This document shows positions 8,871 to 19,041 of a stretch of DNA of 64,000 nucleotides, piece by piece (positions within the stretch are counted from its first letter, which is position 1; the number at the start of each line of letters is the position of its first letter). The translations under genes and the position numbers were made by a program. Origin of the DNA: an uncultured bacterium (GTDB taxonomy: Bacteria > Acidobacteriota > Thermoanaerobaculia > Multivoradales > JAHZIX01); assembly GCA_965368975.1 (NCBI GenBank), contig CBDUPA010000013.1, positions 146,644 through 210,643 on the forward strand. Direction: 5' to 3'. Under the pieces are notes generated by a model. It saw nothing but the letters and a program-made list of their open reading frames with translations. It was not told the DNA's origin and did no database searches.

Positions 8871-10712
8871 ATGTTGTCCTCAACTCTCCGCGTTTCTGCC
8901 TCGCCCTTCTTACTCCCACTCGCCCTCGCGGCGCTGCTGTCACCAGCAGCCGCAGCGCAGGACTTGCCCCTGTTCACCGACATCGCTCCGACGAGCGGCC
9001 TCGACTTCCATCATTTCAACGGCATGTCCGGCGAGATGTACCTCACCGAGATGACCGGCCTGGCAGCCGCGCTGTTCGACTACGACGGCGATGGTGATCT
9101 CGACGTCTACCTCGGTCAGGGCACCATGCTCGGGCCCGAAGCGACGCTGGCCGACGCGACCTGCCCGATTCCGGAGGGCTTCTCCACCACCAAGTCACCG
9201 ACTGACCGCCTATTCCGCAACGACCTGGGGCCTGACGGACCGCGCTTCGTCGACGTCAGTGCCAAGGCAGGCGTCGATCTGGAAGGTTGGTCGATGGGGG
9301 CAACAACCGGGGACTTCGACAACGACGGCGACGTCGACCTCTACGTCACCCAATTCGGCCCCAATCGCCTACTGCGCAATCGCGGGGACGGCACCTTCGA
9401 GGATATCGGCAAGCAGGCAGGAGTCGACGATGCACTGTGGGGGCTGAGCGCTGCCTTCTTCGACTACGACCGTGACGGCTGGCTCGATCTCTACGTCGCC
9501 AACTATGTCGACTTTCCCAACGATCGCACCATCACTTGCTACGCGCGCAGCAGTCGGCGTGACTACTGTGGTCCGTCCGGCTTCGAGCCACATCCCGACC
9601 GCCTCTACCGCAACCGTGGCGACGGTACCTTCGAGGACGTCAGTGCGCAGAGCGGTATCGCGCGCTTGCGCGGCGCCGGCATGGGCGTGGTGGCGGTCGA
9701 TTTCGACGACAATGGCTGGCTCGATCTCTACGTCGCCAACGACGGTATGCCCAACTACTTGTGGTTGAATCAGGGGGACGGAACCTTCCTGGAGGAGGCC
9801 CTGTTCGCCGGCACCGCGGTCAATGCGAGCGGTACGCCCGAAGCCAGCATGGGCGTCGACGCTGGTGACTTCGACGACGACGGCGACTTCGATCTGTTCA
9901 TGACGCACCTGCTGGGCGAGACCAACACCTTGTTCGTCAACCAGGGCGAAGGCCTGTTCGTCGACCGCTCCAGCGACGCTGGCTTGGCGGCAGACAGCCT
10001 GCCCTGGACCTCCTTCGGCACCACCTGGTTCGACTACGATGGCGACGGTCGACTCGACCTGGTGATCGCCAATGGCTCCGTCAAAGTGCTCGAAGAGCAG
10101 CGGGAGGGCGACGCCTATCCTCTGCGCCAGCCAAACCAGCTGTTCCGCAACCTCGACGGCCGCCGCTTCGTCGACACCACCGCCTCGGCGGGTCCGAGCT
10201 TCACACAGCTGCGCGTCAGCCGCGGCATCGCCCAGGGAGATATCGACAACGACGGCGACACCGACCTGCTGGTGACCAACAGCTGCGGACCGGTCGAGCT
10301 CCTGCGCAACGAGACGGGCCAGAACAAGCCGTGGCTGGGACTGCGCCTGGTCGACGCGCACGGACGCGACGCCCTAGGCGCGGTACTCGAGGTCATCCAG
10401 CCCGGAGCCGCGAAGTTGACCCGGCGCGTCCATACCGACGGCAGCTACACGGTAGCCAACGACCCTCGTGTCCAGGTCGGCCTCGGTAGCATGGACTACA
10501 GTGTCCGCCGACGCGGTCTGCCGGTGCGCGTGCGTTGGCCGGACGGCAGTGCCGAGACCTTTGCCAACGTTCCCTTCTCACGCTACAGCGAGCTGCGTCA
10601 AGGCAGTGGCACCTCCGACGCACCCAATTCCCCACGCGCCGGCACTCCAGACCCAGACAACGGTACAACCGGCGCCGACGCGACCGACCGCCAACCGGAG
10701 ACCCACCGATGA
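8871..10712 (+). CDS. CRTAC1 / ASPIC-UnbV family FG-GAP repeat protein
   Basis: Signal peptide, many DYDGDGDLD/DFDNDGDVD repeats, C-terminal RDALGAVLEV...VRWPDG UnbV-like domain. Confidence 0.9.
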   Translation: MLSSTLRVSASPFLLPLALAALLSPAAAAQDLPLFTDIAPTSGLDFHHFNGMSGEMYLTEMTGLAAALFDYDGDGDLDVYLGQGTMLGPEATLADATCPIPEGFSTTKSPTDRLFRNDLGPDGPRFVDVSAKAGVDLEGWSMGATTGDFDNDGDVDLYVTQFGPNRLLRNRGDGTFEDIGKQAGVDDALWGLSAAFFDYDRDGWLDLYVANYVDFPNDRTITCYARSSRRDYCGPSGFEPHPDRLYRNRGDGTFEDVSAQSGIARLRGAGMGVVAVDFDDNGWLDLYVANDGMPNYLWLNQGDGTFLEEALFAGTAVNASGTPEASMGVDAGDFDDDGDFDLFMTHLLGETNTLFVNQGEGLFVDRSSDAGLAADSLPWTSFGTTWFDYDGDGRLDLVIANGSVKVLEEQREGDAYPLRQPNQLFRNLDGRRFVDTTASAGPSFTQLRVSRGIAQGDIDNDGDTDLLVTNSCGPVELLRNETGQNKPWLGLRLVDAHGRDALGAVLEVIQPGAAKLTRRVHTDGSYTVANDPRVQVGLGSMDYSVRRRGLPVRVRWPDGSAETFANVPFSRYSELRQGSGTSDAPNSPRAGTPDPDNGTTGADATDRQPETHR

Positions 10713-12364
10713 GCCGTCTCTCTCGTCCCGCCGCCCTTCTCGTCTCGACCGTCGTGGCGCTGCTGTGTGGCGTCCAGATAGCCGACGCGCAGCCCTACCG
10801 CGATCCTGCACCACCAATCCCACAAGCCGGCGCCACCAGTGGTACCAACGGCGGTAGCGGCAACCGTGTCGAGCTGCAGCCGGTCGATTTCCCCAATCTC
10901 GAGGGCCTGGAACCGGCGGTCGCCGAGCAGTTGCAGGCGGTGCAGGGCATGCTGGTCGAGACGCTCGAAGGCCTGCAGACGAACCCGAGCGCACTGGAGC
11001 CGCAGCAGCTGGCCCTGCGCTTCGGGGAACTGGGTATGGCCTACCAGGCCTACGAATTCTACGACGCCGCCGAAGCCGCCTATCTCAACGCCGTGCGGCT
11101 GGCTCCGGACGACTTCCGCTGGGTCTACTATCTGGCCACGTTGTCGCGCCAGCAGAACCAGCTCGAGCGCGCCAACACTGCCTACCGGCGAGCGCTGGAG
11201 ATCTACGACCAGCACATTCCTGCACGCTACTACCTGGCGCAAAACCTGCTCACCCAGGGCGATCAGGAAACCGCGGTGCTGTTGCTGCAGCAGATCCTCC
11301 AGATCTTCCCGGTCGAACCCAGCGCACACGCCGCCCTGGCCGAGATCGCGCTGCAGCAGGGCGAGTACCAGCAAGCCATCGAGCACCTCACCCGGGCCCT
11401 CGACGAGCAGCCCGAGGCCAACCGGCTCCACTACACCCTGGGCATGGCCTACCGGGGCCTCGGCGATATGGACAAGGCCCGCCACCACCTGGAGCTGGCT
11501 GGGCGTGTCGGTGTGCGACCGCAGGATCGTCTGCTCAATGAGCTCACAGAGCTGGCCCAGGGTGAGCGCGTCTACCTGCTGCGTGGCCGCACTGCCTTCG
11601 CAGCCGGCCGCTACAACGAAGCCGCTCAGGCCTTCGCCAACGCCATCGCAGCGGACCCACAGAGTGATCGTGCCCGTACCAACCTCGCCGCCGCCCTCGG
11701 CCAACTCGGCCGCACAGACGAAGCAGTCCTTCAGCTGCGCAAGGTGATCGAGAACGATCCCTACAACCGCACCGTCCTGTTCAACCTCGCCATGCTGCTG
11801 GTGCAGAAGGGCGAACACGAAGAAGCCGCGAAGCACCTGGAAGTGGTCGTCGAGGGCATGTATGACGATCCTGAGGCACAGTTCCAATACTCGCTCGCCC
11901 TGCGTCGCCTGGGCCGCCACGACGAGGCCCTGGTACCTGCCCAGCGTGCCGTCGGGCTCGACCCGCTGCGCGCCGAGTCCCAGTTGCAGCTGACGCAGGT
12001 TTACCTCGACCTCGACCAAACCGCCGAAGCCGCCCGCGCGCTGCGCGCCGCCAACGAGCTGATGCCCGAAGACGGCCGCATCGCCCGTGCCCTCGCTCGG
12101 CTCCTCGCCGCTGGCCCCGACCTCGACTTGCGCGATGGTGCTCGTGCGCTAGAGCTGGCCGAACTGGTGTTCCAAGCGCAGCAGACCACCGAGCACGCCG
12201 AACTCATCGCCCTGGCCCTGGCGCAGCTGGATCGCTGCGAAGAAGCCGCCACCTGGCAGCGGCAAGCGATCGAAGCCGCGGCCCAGGCCGGTGCCGCCGG
12301 CGCTGCCCAGCGCATGACCCAGATGCTGATCCGCTACGACCACGATCGGCCGTGCCGGCCGTGA
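10709..12364 (+). CDS. Secreted tetratricopeptide repeat protein
   Basis: ATGA overlap with upstream stop; signal peptide; tandem TPR helices. Confidence 0.88.
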   Translation: MSRLSRPAALLVSTVVALLCGVQIADAQPYRDPAPPIPQAGATSGTNGGSGNRVELQPVDFPNLEGLEPAVAEQLQAVQGMLVETLEGLQTNPSALEPQQLALRFGELGMAYQAYEFYDAAEAAYLNAVRLAPDDFRWVYYLATLSRQQNQLERANTAYRRALEIYDQHIPARYYLAQNLLTQGDQETAVLLLQQILQIFPVEPSAHAALAEIALQQGEYQQAIEHLTRALDEQPEANRLHYTLGMAYRGLGDMDKARHHLELAGRVGVRPQDRLLNELTELAQGERVYLLRGRTAFAAGRYNEAAQAFANAIAADPQSDRARTNLAAALGQLGRTDEAVLQLRKVIENDPYNRTVLFNLAMLLVQKGEHEEAAKHLEVVVEGMYDDPEAQFQYSLALRRLGRHDEALVPAQRAVGLDPLRAESQLQLTQVYLDLDQTAEAARALRAANELMPEDGRIARALARLLAAGPDLDLRDGARALELAELVFQAQQTTEHAELIALALAQLDRCEEAATWQRQAIEAAAQAGAAGAAQRMTQMLIRYDHDRPCRP

Positions 12365-12475
12365 AGCCAGCGGCACAATCCCCCCAACCTCCGGCGCAGC
12401 CCACGGCGGCGTCCCTCAGCCACTCCGGTCTCCAGACCCCAGAACACAACCCACGAACAGGAAGGACCGGACATC

Positions 12476-13702
12476 ATGAAACTAGCTATTCTATCTCGAT
12501 CTCCAAAGGCCTATAGCACCCGAAGACTCAAGGCGGCAGCTGAGGAGCGCGGACACAAGGTCCGCATCCTCAACACGTTGCGCTTCGCCATCGACCTCTC
12601 GGCCAACGTCCCGGACCTGCAGTACCGAGGCAAGCACCTGTCGCATTATGACGCGATCCTGCCGAGAATCGGTGCCTCGATCACCTTCTTCGGCATGGCC
12701 GTCGTCCGGCAGTTCGAACAGATGGATGTTTATACTCCAACCACCTCTGCCGGTATTGCCAATTCGAGAGACAAACTGCGGGCGATCCAGATCCTGGCGC
12801 GCCACGGCATCGGCATTCCGGGCACGATGTTCGTCCGGGATCGAGCCGATGTGATCCCCGCTATCGAAGAGGTCGGAGGCGCGCCGGTCGTGATCAAGCT
12901 CTTGGAAGGCACTCAGGGCATCGGCGTCATCCTGGCGCCCGACAACAAAGTCGCCGAAGCGGTCGTCGAGACTCTCCAGAGCACCCGCCAGAACGTCCTC
13001 ATCCAGCGCTTCATCGCAGAGAGCCGGGGCAAGGACATCCGAGCCTTCGTCGTTGGTGACCGGGTGATCGCCGCCATGCGGCGGAGTGCTTCCGGAGATG
13101 AGTTTCGTTCCAACGTCCACCGTGGCGGCACCACCGAGGCCGTAGAGTTGCCCCCCGAATACTCGAGGGTAGCGGTGCAGGCAGCACAGATCATGGGCCT
13201 GCGGGTCGCCGGCGTGGACTTGCTGGAGAGCGACCGAGGCCCCCTGGTGATGGAGGTCAACAGCTCTCCGGGCCTCGAAGGTATCGAGGGTGCGACCGGT
13301 CTGGACATCGCCGGTGCCATCGTCGACTTCGTCGCCAGCCAGGTGGACTTCCCGGAACTCGACATTCGCCAACGGCTTACCGTCAGCACGGGCTATGGTG
13401 TCGCGGAACTGCTGGTGCGCGAAGGAGCCGAGCTTCTGGGTAAGAGTCTCAGCGCGTCAGGGCTCCGCGAGCGCGACTTGATAGTGCTGACCTTGACCAA
13501 GGGTACGGTAGTGATCCCAAATCCGAAGGCAACTCGGGTCCTCGAGGCCGGTGACCGGCTGCTCTGCTTCGGCAAACTCGAGACGATGCGCGACCTGGTA
13601 CCGGAGCGGCTACGGCGACGGGCACGGTCCAAAGTACAGCCATTTCCGGAGCACCCCTTCCCAGGCACTGACGAGGACGCCGATACCCGAGACGTCCCTT
13701 GA
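12476..13702 (+). CDS. rimK: RimK-family alpha-L-glutamate ligase fused to a C-terminal TrkA-C (RCK-C) domain
   Basis: MKLAILSR..YSTRRL, KLLEGTQGIGV, FRSNVHRGG, MEVNSSPGLEGIE; C-terminal GKSL..SGLRER...VIPNP...LEAGDRLL. Confidence 0.9.
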   Translation: MKLAILSRSPKAYSTRRLKAAAEERGHKVRILNTLRFAIDLSANVPDLQYRGKHLSHYDAILPRIGASITFFGMAVVRQFEQMDVYTPTTSAGIANSRDKLRAIQILARHGIGIPGTMFVRDRADVIPAIEEVGGAPVVIKLLEGTQGIGVILAPDNKVAEAVVETLQSTRQNVLIQRFIAESRGKDIRAFVVGDRVIAAMRRSASGDEFRSNVHRGGTTEAVELPPEYSRVAVQAAQIMGLRVAGVDLLESDRGPLVMEVNSSPGLEGIEGATGLDIAGAIVDFVASQVDFPELDIRQRLTVSTGYGVAELLVREGAELLGKSLSASGLRERDLIVLTLTKGTVVIPNPKATRVLEAGDRLLCFGKLETMRDLVPERLRRRARSKVQPFPEHPFPGTDEDADTRDVP

Positions 13703-14673
13703 CGGCGAGGGGTACTTCCAGGCAAGCCAAGCGCGAGCCTTTCCTGCTGGCGAATCAGGTCGTGGCCCCCGGGAAACGGGCCAAGCTCGAGATCTCGATC
13801 GCTCGGCTGATGTCGGGTACGCCCGTCGCGCTGCCGATCCTCGTCTATCACGGACGTACCGAGGGTCCCTGCGTGTGGCTCACCGCCGCGGTGCACGGCG
13901 ACGAACTCTGTGGCATCGAAATCATCCGGCGGGTTCTGGCGGAGATCGACCCGCGCTCGATCGCCGGAACAGTGCTCGCGGCTCCGATCGTCAATGTTCA
14001 TGGCTTCAACCGCGGCGACCGCTACCTGCCCGATCGGCGGGATCTCAACCGGTGCTTCCCGGGCTCCGCGCGCGGCTCTCTGGCGTCGCGCATCGCGCAC
14101 CTGATGATGACCGAAGTCATCGCTCGGTGCGGTTTCGGCATCGATCTCCATACCGGGTCTGATCATCGGATCAATCTGCCCCAGATCCGGGCAGATCTCG
14201 AAGATCCGACCACTCGGGAATTGGCCGAGGTGTTTGCTGCACCGGTCGCCATCCACTCGCGGACCCGCGATGGCTCCCTGCGCCAGGCAGCCACGGAAGC
14301 AGGCTCCGTCGTCCTGCTCTACGAAGCCGGCGAGGCGGACCGCTTCGACGAACGGGCCCTCGCGTCCGGGACCGCTGGAGTGCTTCGGGTTCTTCAACAC
14401 GTAGGGGTGATGAAATCGGGAGCTCCAGCTCCGACCAACGCTGTCCGCTTCTCTCAGGCCACGTCGTGGTTGCGGGCGACCCATAGCGGCATGCTGCACC
14501 TCAAAGTGTCTCTCGGCACGGAGGTTGCTCCTGGCGACGAAGTCGCAACGATCTACGACCCGTTCGGCAAGCGCCTCTCTTCGATCTCCGCTCGAACCAA
14601 CGGCGTGGTGATTGGACAGACACAACGCCCCTTGGTCAATCGCGGTGACGCTGTCCTGCATATTGCCGCCTAG
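13699..14673 (+). CDS. Succinylglutamate desuccinylase / aspartoacylase family protein
   Basis: AAVHGDELCG, DRRDLNRCFPG, IDLHTG, LLYEAGE; overlaps rimK stop. Confidence 0.92.
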   Translation: MTARGTSRQAKREPFLLANQVVAPGKRAKLEISIARLMSGTPVALPILVYHGRTEGPCVWLTAAVHGDELCGIEIIRRVLAEIDPRSIAGTVLAAPIVNVHGFNRGDRYLPDRRDLNRCFPGSARGSLASRIAHLMMTEVIARCGFGIDLHTGSDHRINLPQIRADLEDPTTRELAEVFAAPVAIHSRTRDGSLRQAATEAGSVVLLYEAGEADRFDERALASGTAGVLRVLQHVGVMKSGAPAPTNAVRFSQATSWLRATHSGMLHLKVSLGTEVAPGDEVATIYDPFGKRLSSISARTNGVVIGQTQRPLVNRGDAVLHIAA

Positions 14674-14692
14674 AACCCGCCTCGCGCACCTA

Positions 14693-17620
14693 TTACAGGT
14701 AACCCAACGCACGCAATTGCGCTTGCAGCTCGGCGGGCAGCGGTTCCGTGTTGGCACTCGCATCACGAATCTCTTCCAGGCCCTCCCACCACAGCATGAC
14801 GCCGACCTCGTCTGGACGCAGGGCCCGGTCGAGCAGTTCGAAGTTCTTGCCGTCGAAGCGGGCGGCTCGGAAGCTGCCAAGGTCGTCGAGGTGTAGGTAC
14901 AGCGCCTTGGTCAGGCCATCGTCGCGCAGGACGTGAAAGCGCGCGAAGTCGGTCTCGGACTCGAAGAAGAGAGTGAAGGTCTCCCCCGCGGGGATGCGAA
15001 AGTGAGCGGTCTGGATGTCCGGATCCAGACGCAGGCAGGTGGCGCCCGCCAACCACTCCTCAGCGAGCCCCACGTCGCGGCTCGGCGTCGACACACTCGC
15101 TGACGGTGCCACGGTATCTTCCTCGACCAGCGGGGGGGAACACTGCAAGTCGACCGTCTTCAGGTTGCTGGCGAAAAGGGGGGCCGGGCTACTACGGAAG
15201 CGGCCGTACCAGTCGCGGCCGCGCGGATTCTGGATGCGCAAGCGAGTACCGCTGACCTGGCGAATGAAGCCGCGGTGCAGCTGACGCAGAAGCTGGCGGG
15301 CCGTCTCGGAGTCGCCGCCATTGAGGTCTTCCTCGCCCACGCCTTCGCCACCCGGCCAGGCGTTGGTGTGCTCGATCACCTTGGTACGGCCGTCCTGCAG
15401 GGCGATGCCGTAGTTCGAGCTGGCGGCGTAACTCCAGGCCGGGGGCGGTGGTGGGCCTTCGCCTTGTACCAGTCCGACCAGCGAAACACCGTCGGCAGGC
15501 TTGGCCGGTGGTAGACCCAGGATGTCGAGCAGGGTCGGGACGATGTCTACCGAACGCACCTGCTCGGTGACCCGGCGGCCAGCCCACTCGCGACCGGGCA
15601 CCGCCAAGACCAGCGGTACTTGCAGGTTCTCGTCATAGAGGTAGTAGTGGTTGTAGACACCATGTTCACCGAGAAGCTCGCCGTGATCCGAGGTCAGAAC
15701 GACGACGGTACGCTGAGCCAGATCCAAGCGCTCGAGTGCCGCCAGCAGCCAACCGAGCTGCCGGTCGAAGTAGGCGATGCTGCTGTCATAGAAGCGGCTC
15801 GCGATCTCTGGATCGACGATCTCCGGAGACGGGGCATCGGGAGGGCCCCCGGTGCTGCCACTGCCCGGCGTGTTCCCAGCCAGTTCGTCGACATCCGACC
15901 GATCCGGCTCCTTCCAGCGCAGATAGGACCGGCGGACAAATCCCTCGTCGGCCCGGCGTGCCGGAACCTCGACGTGAAGCTGGCCGCTCTCCACCCTGCC
16001 ACCGAAATCTTTGTAGAACGGCTGCCGCGTGCGCAGCGGTCCGTGCACCTCGTAGGTGTGCAGAAAGAGAAAGAACGGTTGGTCGGCGTGGGCTTCGAGC
16101 CAGCGCAAGGTCAGCTCGACGTTGGCTAGCAACTCGTCGTCCGACTTGTCGACACGCCGATCCCGCCAGTAGCGAAAGGCGTCGAAACCTTGCGCCAAAC
16201 CATAGCGAGGATGCAGGTAGCCTCCGCCGGTGAAAGCTTGGGTCGTATAGCCCGCATCGCGCATGTGCTCGGCGAGCAAGCGCAGGCCTGCGGGGACCTC
16301 CTCGCTGCCCAGGTTGACCCCGTGGCGGTGGGCATCGATGCCGCTGAACATCGAGGTGTGAGACGGTAGCGTCCAGGGGCTCGGTGCCACGACGTCGTCG
16401 AACACCACTGCATGTTCGGCCGCCCAGCGGTCGAGGTGGGGCGAGGTCGGGCGGTTGTAGCCGTAGAGGGAGAGGTGGTCGGCGCGCAGGGTGTCGACCG
16501 AGATCAGGACCACGTTGAGCGGCGGCGGAGCCCGATGCCGCGGCGCGACCGCGGTGCCGCGGTCGTAGACGGCTGGATGCGCCCACAGGCCAGCGACCCG
16601 CGAGGCCTGCTCGACATTATCAGCGAGCAAACGTAGCTCCAGCTCCACGCCGTCCTTCGCCAGCTGCTGGCGGTCGCTGGCATCGTCGGCGCCCTGTAGC
16701 ACCGTCGCGAGCTGGATGCGCAGTTCTTGCCAGCCGTCCGCCGCTTCGACGCGCCACTCAGCCAGCGGCGTCTCCCGCCCCACCAGGGCCAGCTGGAAAC
16801 GTGCCGGCCCTGACCACGCGGGTACACCGACCGCCGCCCGTAGCTCCGCCTCCGGCGTCGCGACCAGGCGGCGACGGAGGTGGTCTCCCGGTAGCATCAG
16901 GCGGCCCGCCCGCACGTCACCGTCGAGATCGACCTGTACCGTTCCGGCTTGCCACGGCTCGGCGAGCTGAGGATCGACCTCTTCCCGATACGCCGAGATC
17001 TGCTGGACGACGAAGTTGTTGCGCGACAGCGGAACGCGCAACTCCAGCTGCCGGATGCGACCCGCCCAACCGCGCCGCCCCTCCACCGGAAAACGATAGC
17101 GTTCGAGTCCCCGCTGCAGGCGCTCGGGCGAGAAGGCTCGCAAGCTGCCGAAAAAGGCCTCTTCGGTCGACGACATCCATTTCAGGAGTACAGGACGCCC
17201 TCGCAGGCCGCGTGCCACGAACTCGACGGCGTCGACGTCGTCGGCCTCGAAATCGGTGGCAAGACGCAGCGTGACCCAGACCTGTGCATCGAAGTCGAGC
17301 TGCACACCCTGGCGATGTTCGAGTCGCTGCCGCGGCGCCGGCTCGACCTCCAGGTCGCCGAGATCCGCCGGCTGCTCGAACGTGCGATCCAAGACGGCCT
17401 GGCGCCGTAGCAACCGCTGGGGCGCCAGTAGCCCAAGATCCGGCCCCTCCAACCAGTTGGCGGTTCGGGCGCGCGGGCTGGGCGGTGCAGCGCCGTCGCC
17501 ACACGCCATGAGGCTGCCGCCCAGCAGCAGCACGCCGACGAGGCAACCCCAAAGCACGAGGAAACCCCACAGCACGCCGAACCTCCCCGGCTGTACATCC
17601 GCCTTCGCGTCGAACTTCAC
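14693..17620 (-). CDS. Large sulfatase-like (alkaline phosphatase superfamily) envelope protein
   Basis: NVVLISVDTLRADHL, PSPWTLPSHTSMFSG, FLHTYEVH, TSDHGE, C-terminal LRALGYL; start uncertain (GTG 17620). Confidence 0.82.
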   Translation of the reverse strand: MKFDAKADVQPGRFGVLWGFLVLWGCLVGVLLLGGSLMACGDGAAPPSPRARTANWLEGPDLGLLAPQRLLRRQAVLDRTFEQPADLGDLEVEPAPRQRLEHRQGVQLDFDAQVWVTLRLATDFEADDVDAVEFVARGLRGRPVLLKWMSSTEEAFFGSLRAFSPERLQRGLERYRFPVEGRRGWAGRIRQLELRVPLSRNNFVVQQISAYREEVDPQLAEPWQAGTVQVDLDGDVRAGRLMLPGDHLRRRLVATPEAELRAAVGVPAWSGPARFQLALVGRETPLAEWRVEAADGWQELRIQLATVLQGADDASDRQQLAKDGVELELRLLADNVEQASRVAGLWAHPAVYDRGTAVAPRHRAPPPLNVVLISVDTLRADHLSLYGYNRPTSPHLDRWAAEHAVVFDDVVAPSPWTLPSHTSMFSGIDAHRHGVNLGSEEVPAGLRLLAEHMRDAGYTTQAFTGGGYLHPRYGLAQGFDAFRYWRDRRVDKSDDELLANVELTLRWLEAHADQPFFLFLHTYEVHGPLRTRQPFYKDFGGRVESGQLHVEVPARRADEGFVRRSYLRWKEPDRSDVDELAGNTPGSGSTGGPPDAPSPEIVDPEIASRFYDSSIAYFDRQLGWLLAALERLDLAQRTVVVLTSDHGELLGEHGVYNHYYLYDENLQVPLVLAVPGREWAGRRVTEQVRSVDIVPTLLDILGLPPAKPADGVSLVGLVQGEGPPPPPAWSYAASSNYGIALQDGRTKVIEHTNAWPGGEGVGEEDLNGGDSETARQLLRQLHRGFIRQVSGTRLRIQNPRGRDWYGRFRSSPAPLFASNLKTVDLQCSPPLVEEDTVAPSASVSTPSRDVGLAEEWLAGATCLRLDPDIQTAHFRIPAGETFTLFFESETDFARFHVLRDDGLTKALYLHLDDLGSFRAARFDGKNFELLDRALRPDEVGVMLWWEGLEEIRDASANTEPLPAELQAQLRALGYL

Positions 17621-17636
17621 GCGATGTCTTGGTCGA

Positions 17637-18320
17637 TCAGTTGTTCTTGACCGGCCGATAGGCCTGCAGCCAGCCCGCGAAGGCAGGCACCTGACGCGTC
17701 TGGATCCACACCCTGCCCTGTCCCGAGAAGCGGCACACCAAACCCTCACCGGACAGGAAGAGCGACTTGTAGCCACCCACGCGCGTGACGTTGTACTGCA
17801 AGCCATCGGTAAAGGCGACGATGTGCCCCGTGTCAACCACGTAGTCGCCGCTGACGTCGATCTCGATCAGCGCACCATAGGTGTTGAACCACAGATCACC
17901 GTGGCCCGAACAGCGGATCAGGAACAGCGATTCGCCCGAGAAAAAGCCCTTGGTGAAACCTTGCCACTTGCTCTCGACGTTGACGCCCATACCGCTAGCG
18001 ACGAAGGCAGAGTTCTGCAGGTAGACGGTGTCGCCGTCCAGGTAGACGTGCGCCATGTCTCCGGGTGGACCGGGCGCAATGCTGATCTCACCACTGCCGC
18101 CGCGCGCCGTGAATTCGTTCAGAAACAGCGACTCACCAGTGAGAAAGCGGCTCAGGCCGCCCTTGAAGCGTGTCTTCATCTCGACGTTCGTGTCCATCGT
18201 GGCCATCGCCGAGGCCTCGACGCGGAGGGTCTGTTCAGCCGGGATCTCCACGGTCAGCAAGGCGAAATCAGGACGGCTCTCGAGGCGGTGCTCGAAGTCG
18301 GTCTTGTCTTGGTCGATCAT
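17637..18320 (-). CDS. TIGR00266 / AIM24 family protein (copy 3)
   Basis: GESLFLNEF, VVDTGHIVAF, SGEGLVCRFSGQGRVWIQTR; RBS GAGGAAT before ATG 18320. Confidence 0.9.
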   Translation of the reverse strand: MIDQDKTDFEHRLESRPDFALLTVEIPAEQTLRVEASAMATMDTNVEMKTRFKGGLSRFLTGESLFLNEFTARGGSGEISIAPGPPGDMAHVYLDGDTVYLQNSAFVASGMGVNVESKWQGFTKGFFSGESLFLIRCSGHGDLWFNTYGALIEIDVSGDYVVDTGHIVAFTDGLQYNVTRVGGYKSLFLSGEGLVCRFSGQGRVWIQTRQVPAFAGWLQAYRPVKNN

Positions 18321-18331
18321 CGCATTCCTCC

Positions 18332-19012
18332 TCAGCGGGGCCTCAGCTTGGGGCCCAGATTGCGTCCGAAACTCGGTGGGTTGTGACTCTGGCACCACAC
18401 CGTGCCCTGGCCCGTGAAGCGGCACACGAGCCCCTCACCGCCGAGGAACGACGACAGCCAGCTCTTGCCCGCCTTGGTGACGTTGAAATTCAGCGTCTCC
18501 TGGAAGGCGACGATGTGGCCCGTGTCGACGATCGTCTCGACCTGACTCATGTCCACCGGGTAGATCATGCCGAAGGAACTCAGCACCACCTTGCCGCGGC
18601 CACTGAGGTGGAGCCAGAACATGCTCTCGCCAGAGAACAAGCTCTTGAAGCCCTGCCACCCCATGTCCATCTGCACGCCCGGTTCCGAGGCAACGAAGGA
18701 CCCGGCTTGCACGATCAGCGTCTCGTCTTGCAGGTCGTAGACCATCATGTCCCCGGGCAGGCTGGTGGCCAACAGCACTTCCCCACCGTTGGCCGCAGCC
18801 GTGTAGTGGTTGAGGAAGAAAGACTCGCCGGCCAACATGCGCTTCATCGCCTTGAGTACGCCGCCCTTGCCGCGCTTGTGGGTGGTGGTCTCGATGCTCA
18901 TGTCGCCGCTCATCGAGATCATCGCTCCCGCCTCCGCGGTGACGTTCTCGCCCGGAGCCAAAGTCAAGCGCGCGGCGGCGGCGCCGGGGCGATGGAGAAG
19001 TTCGACTTCCAT
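18332..19012 (-). CDS. TIGR00266 / AIM24 family protein (copy 2)
   Basis: AEAGAMISMS, GESFFLNHY, IVDTGHIVAF, GGEGLVCRFTGQG. Confidence 0.9.
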   Translation of the reverse strand: MEVELLHRPGAAAARLTLAPGENVTAEAGAMISMSGDMSIETTTHKRGKGGVLKAMKRMLAGESFFLNHYTAAANGGEVLLATSLPGDMMVYDLQDETLIVQAGSFVASEPGVQMDMGWQGFKSLFSGESMFWLHLSGRGKVVLSSFGMIYPVDMSQVETIVDTGHIVAFQETLNFNVTKAGKSWLSSFLGGEGLVCRFTGQGTVWCQSHNPPSFGRNLGPKLRPR

Positions 19013-19041
19013 GGTGTTCTCCTCTTCTCAGCTAGTCCGGC

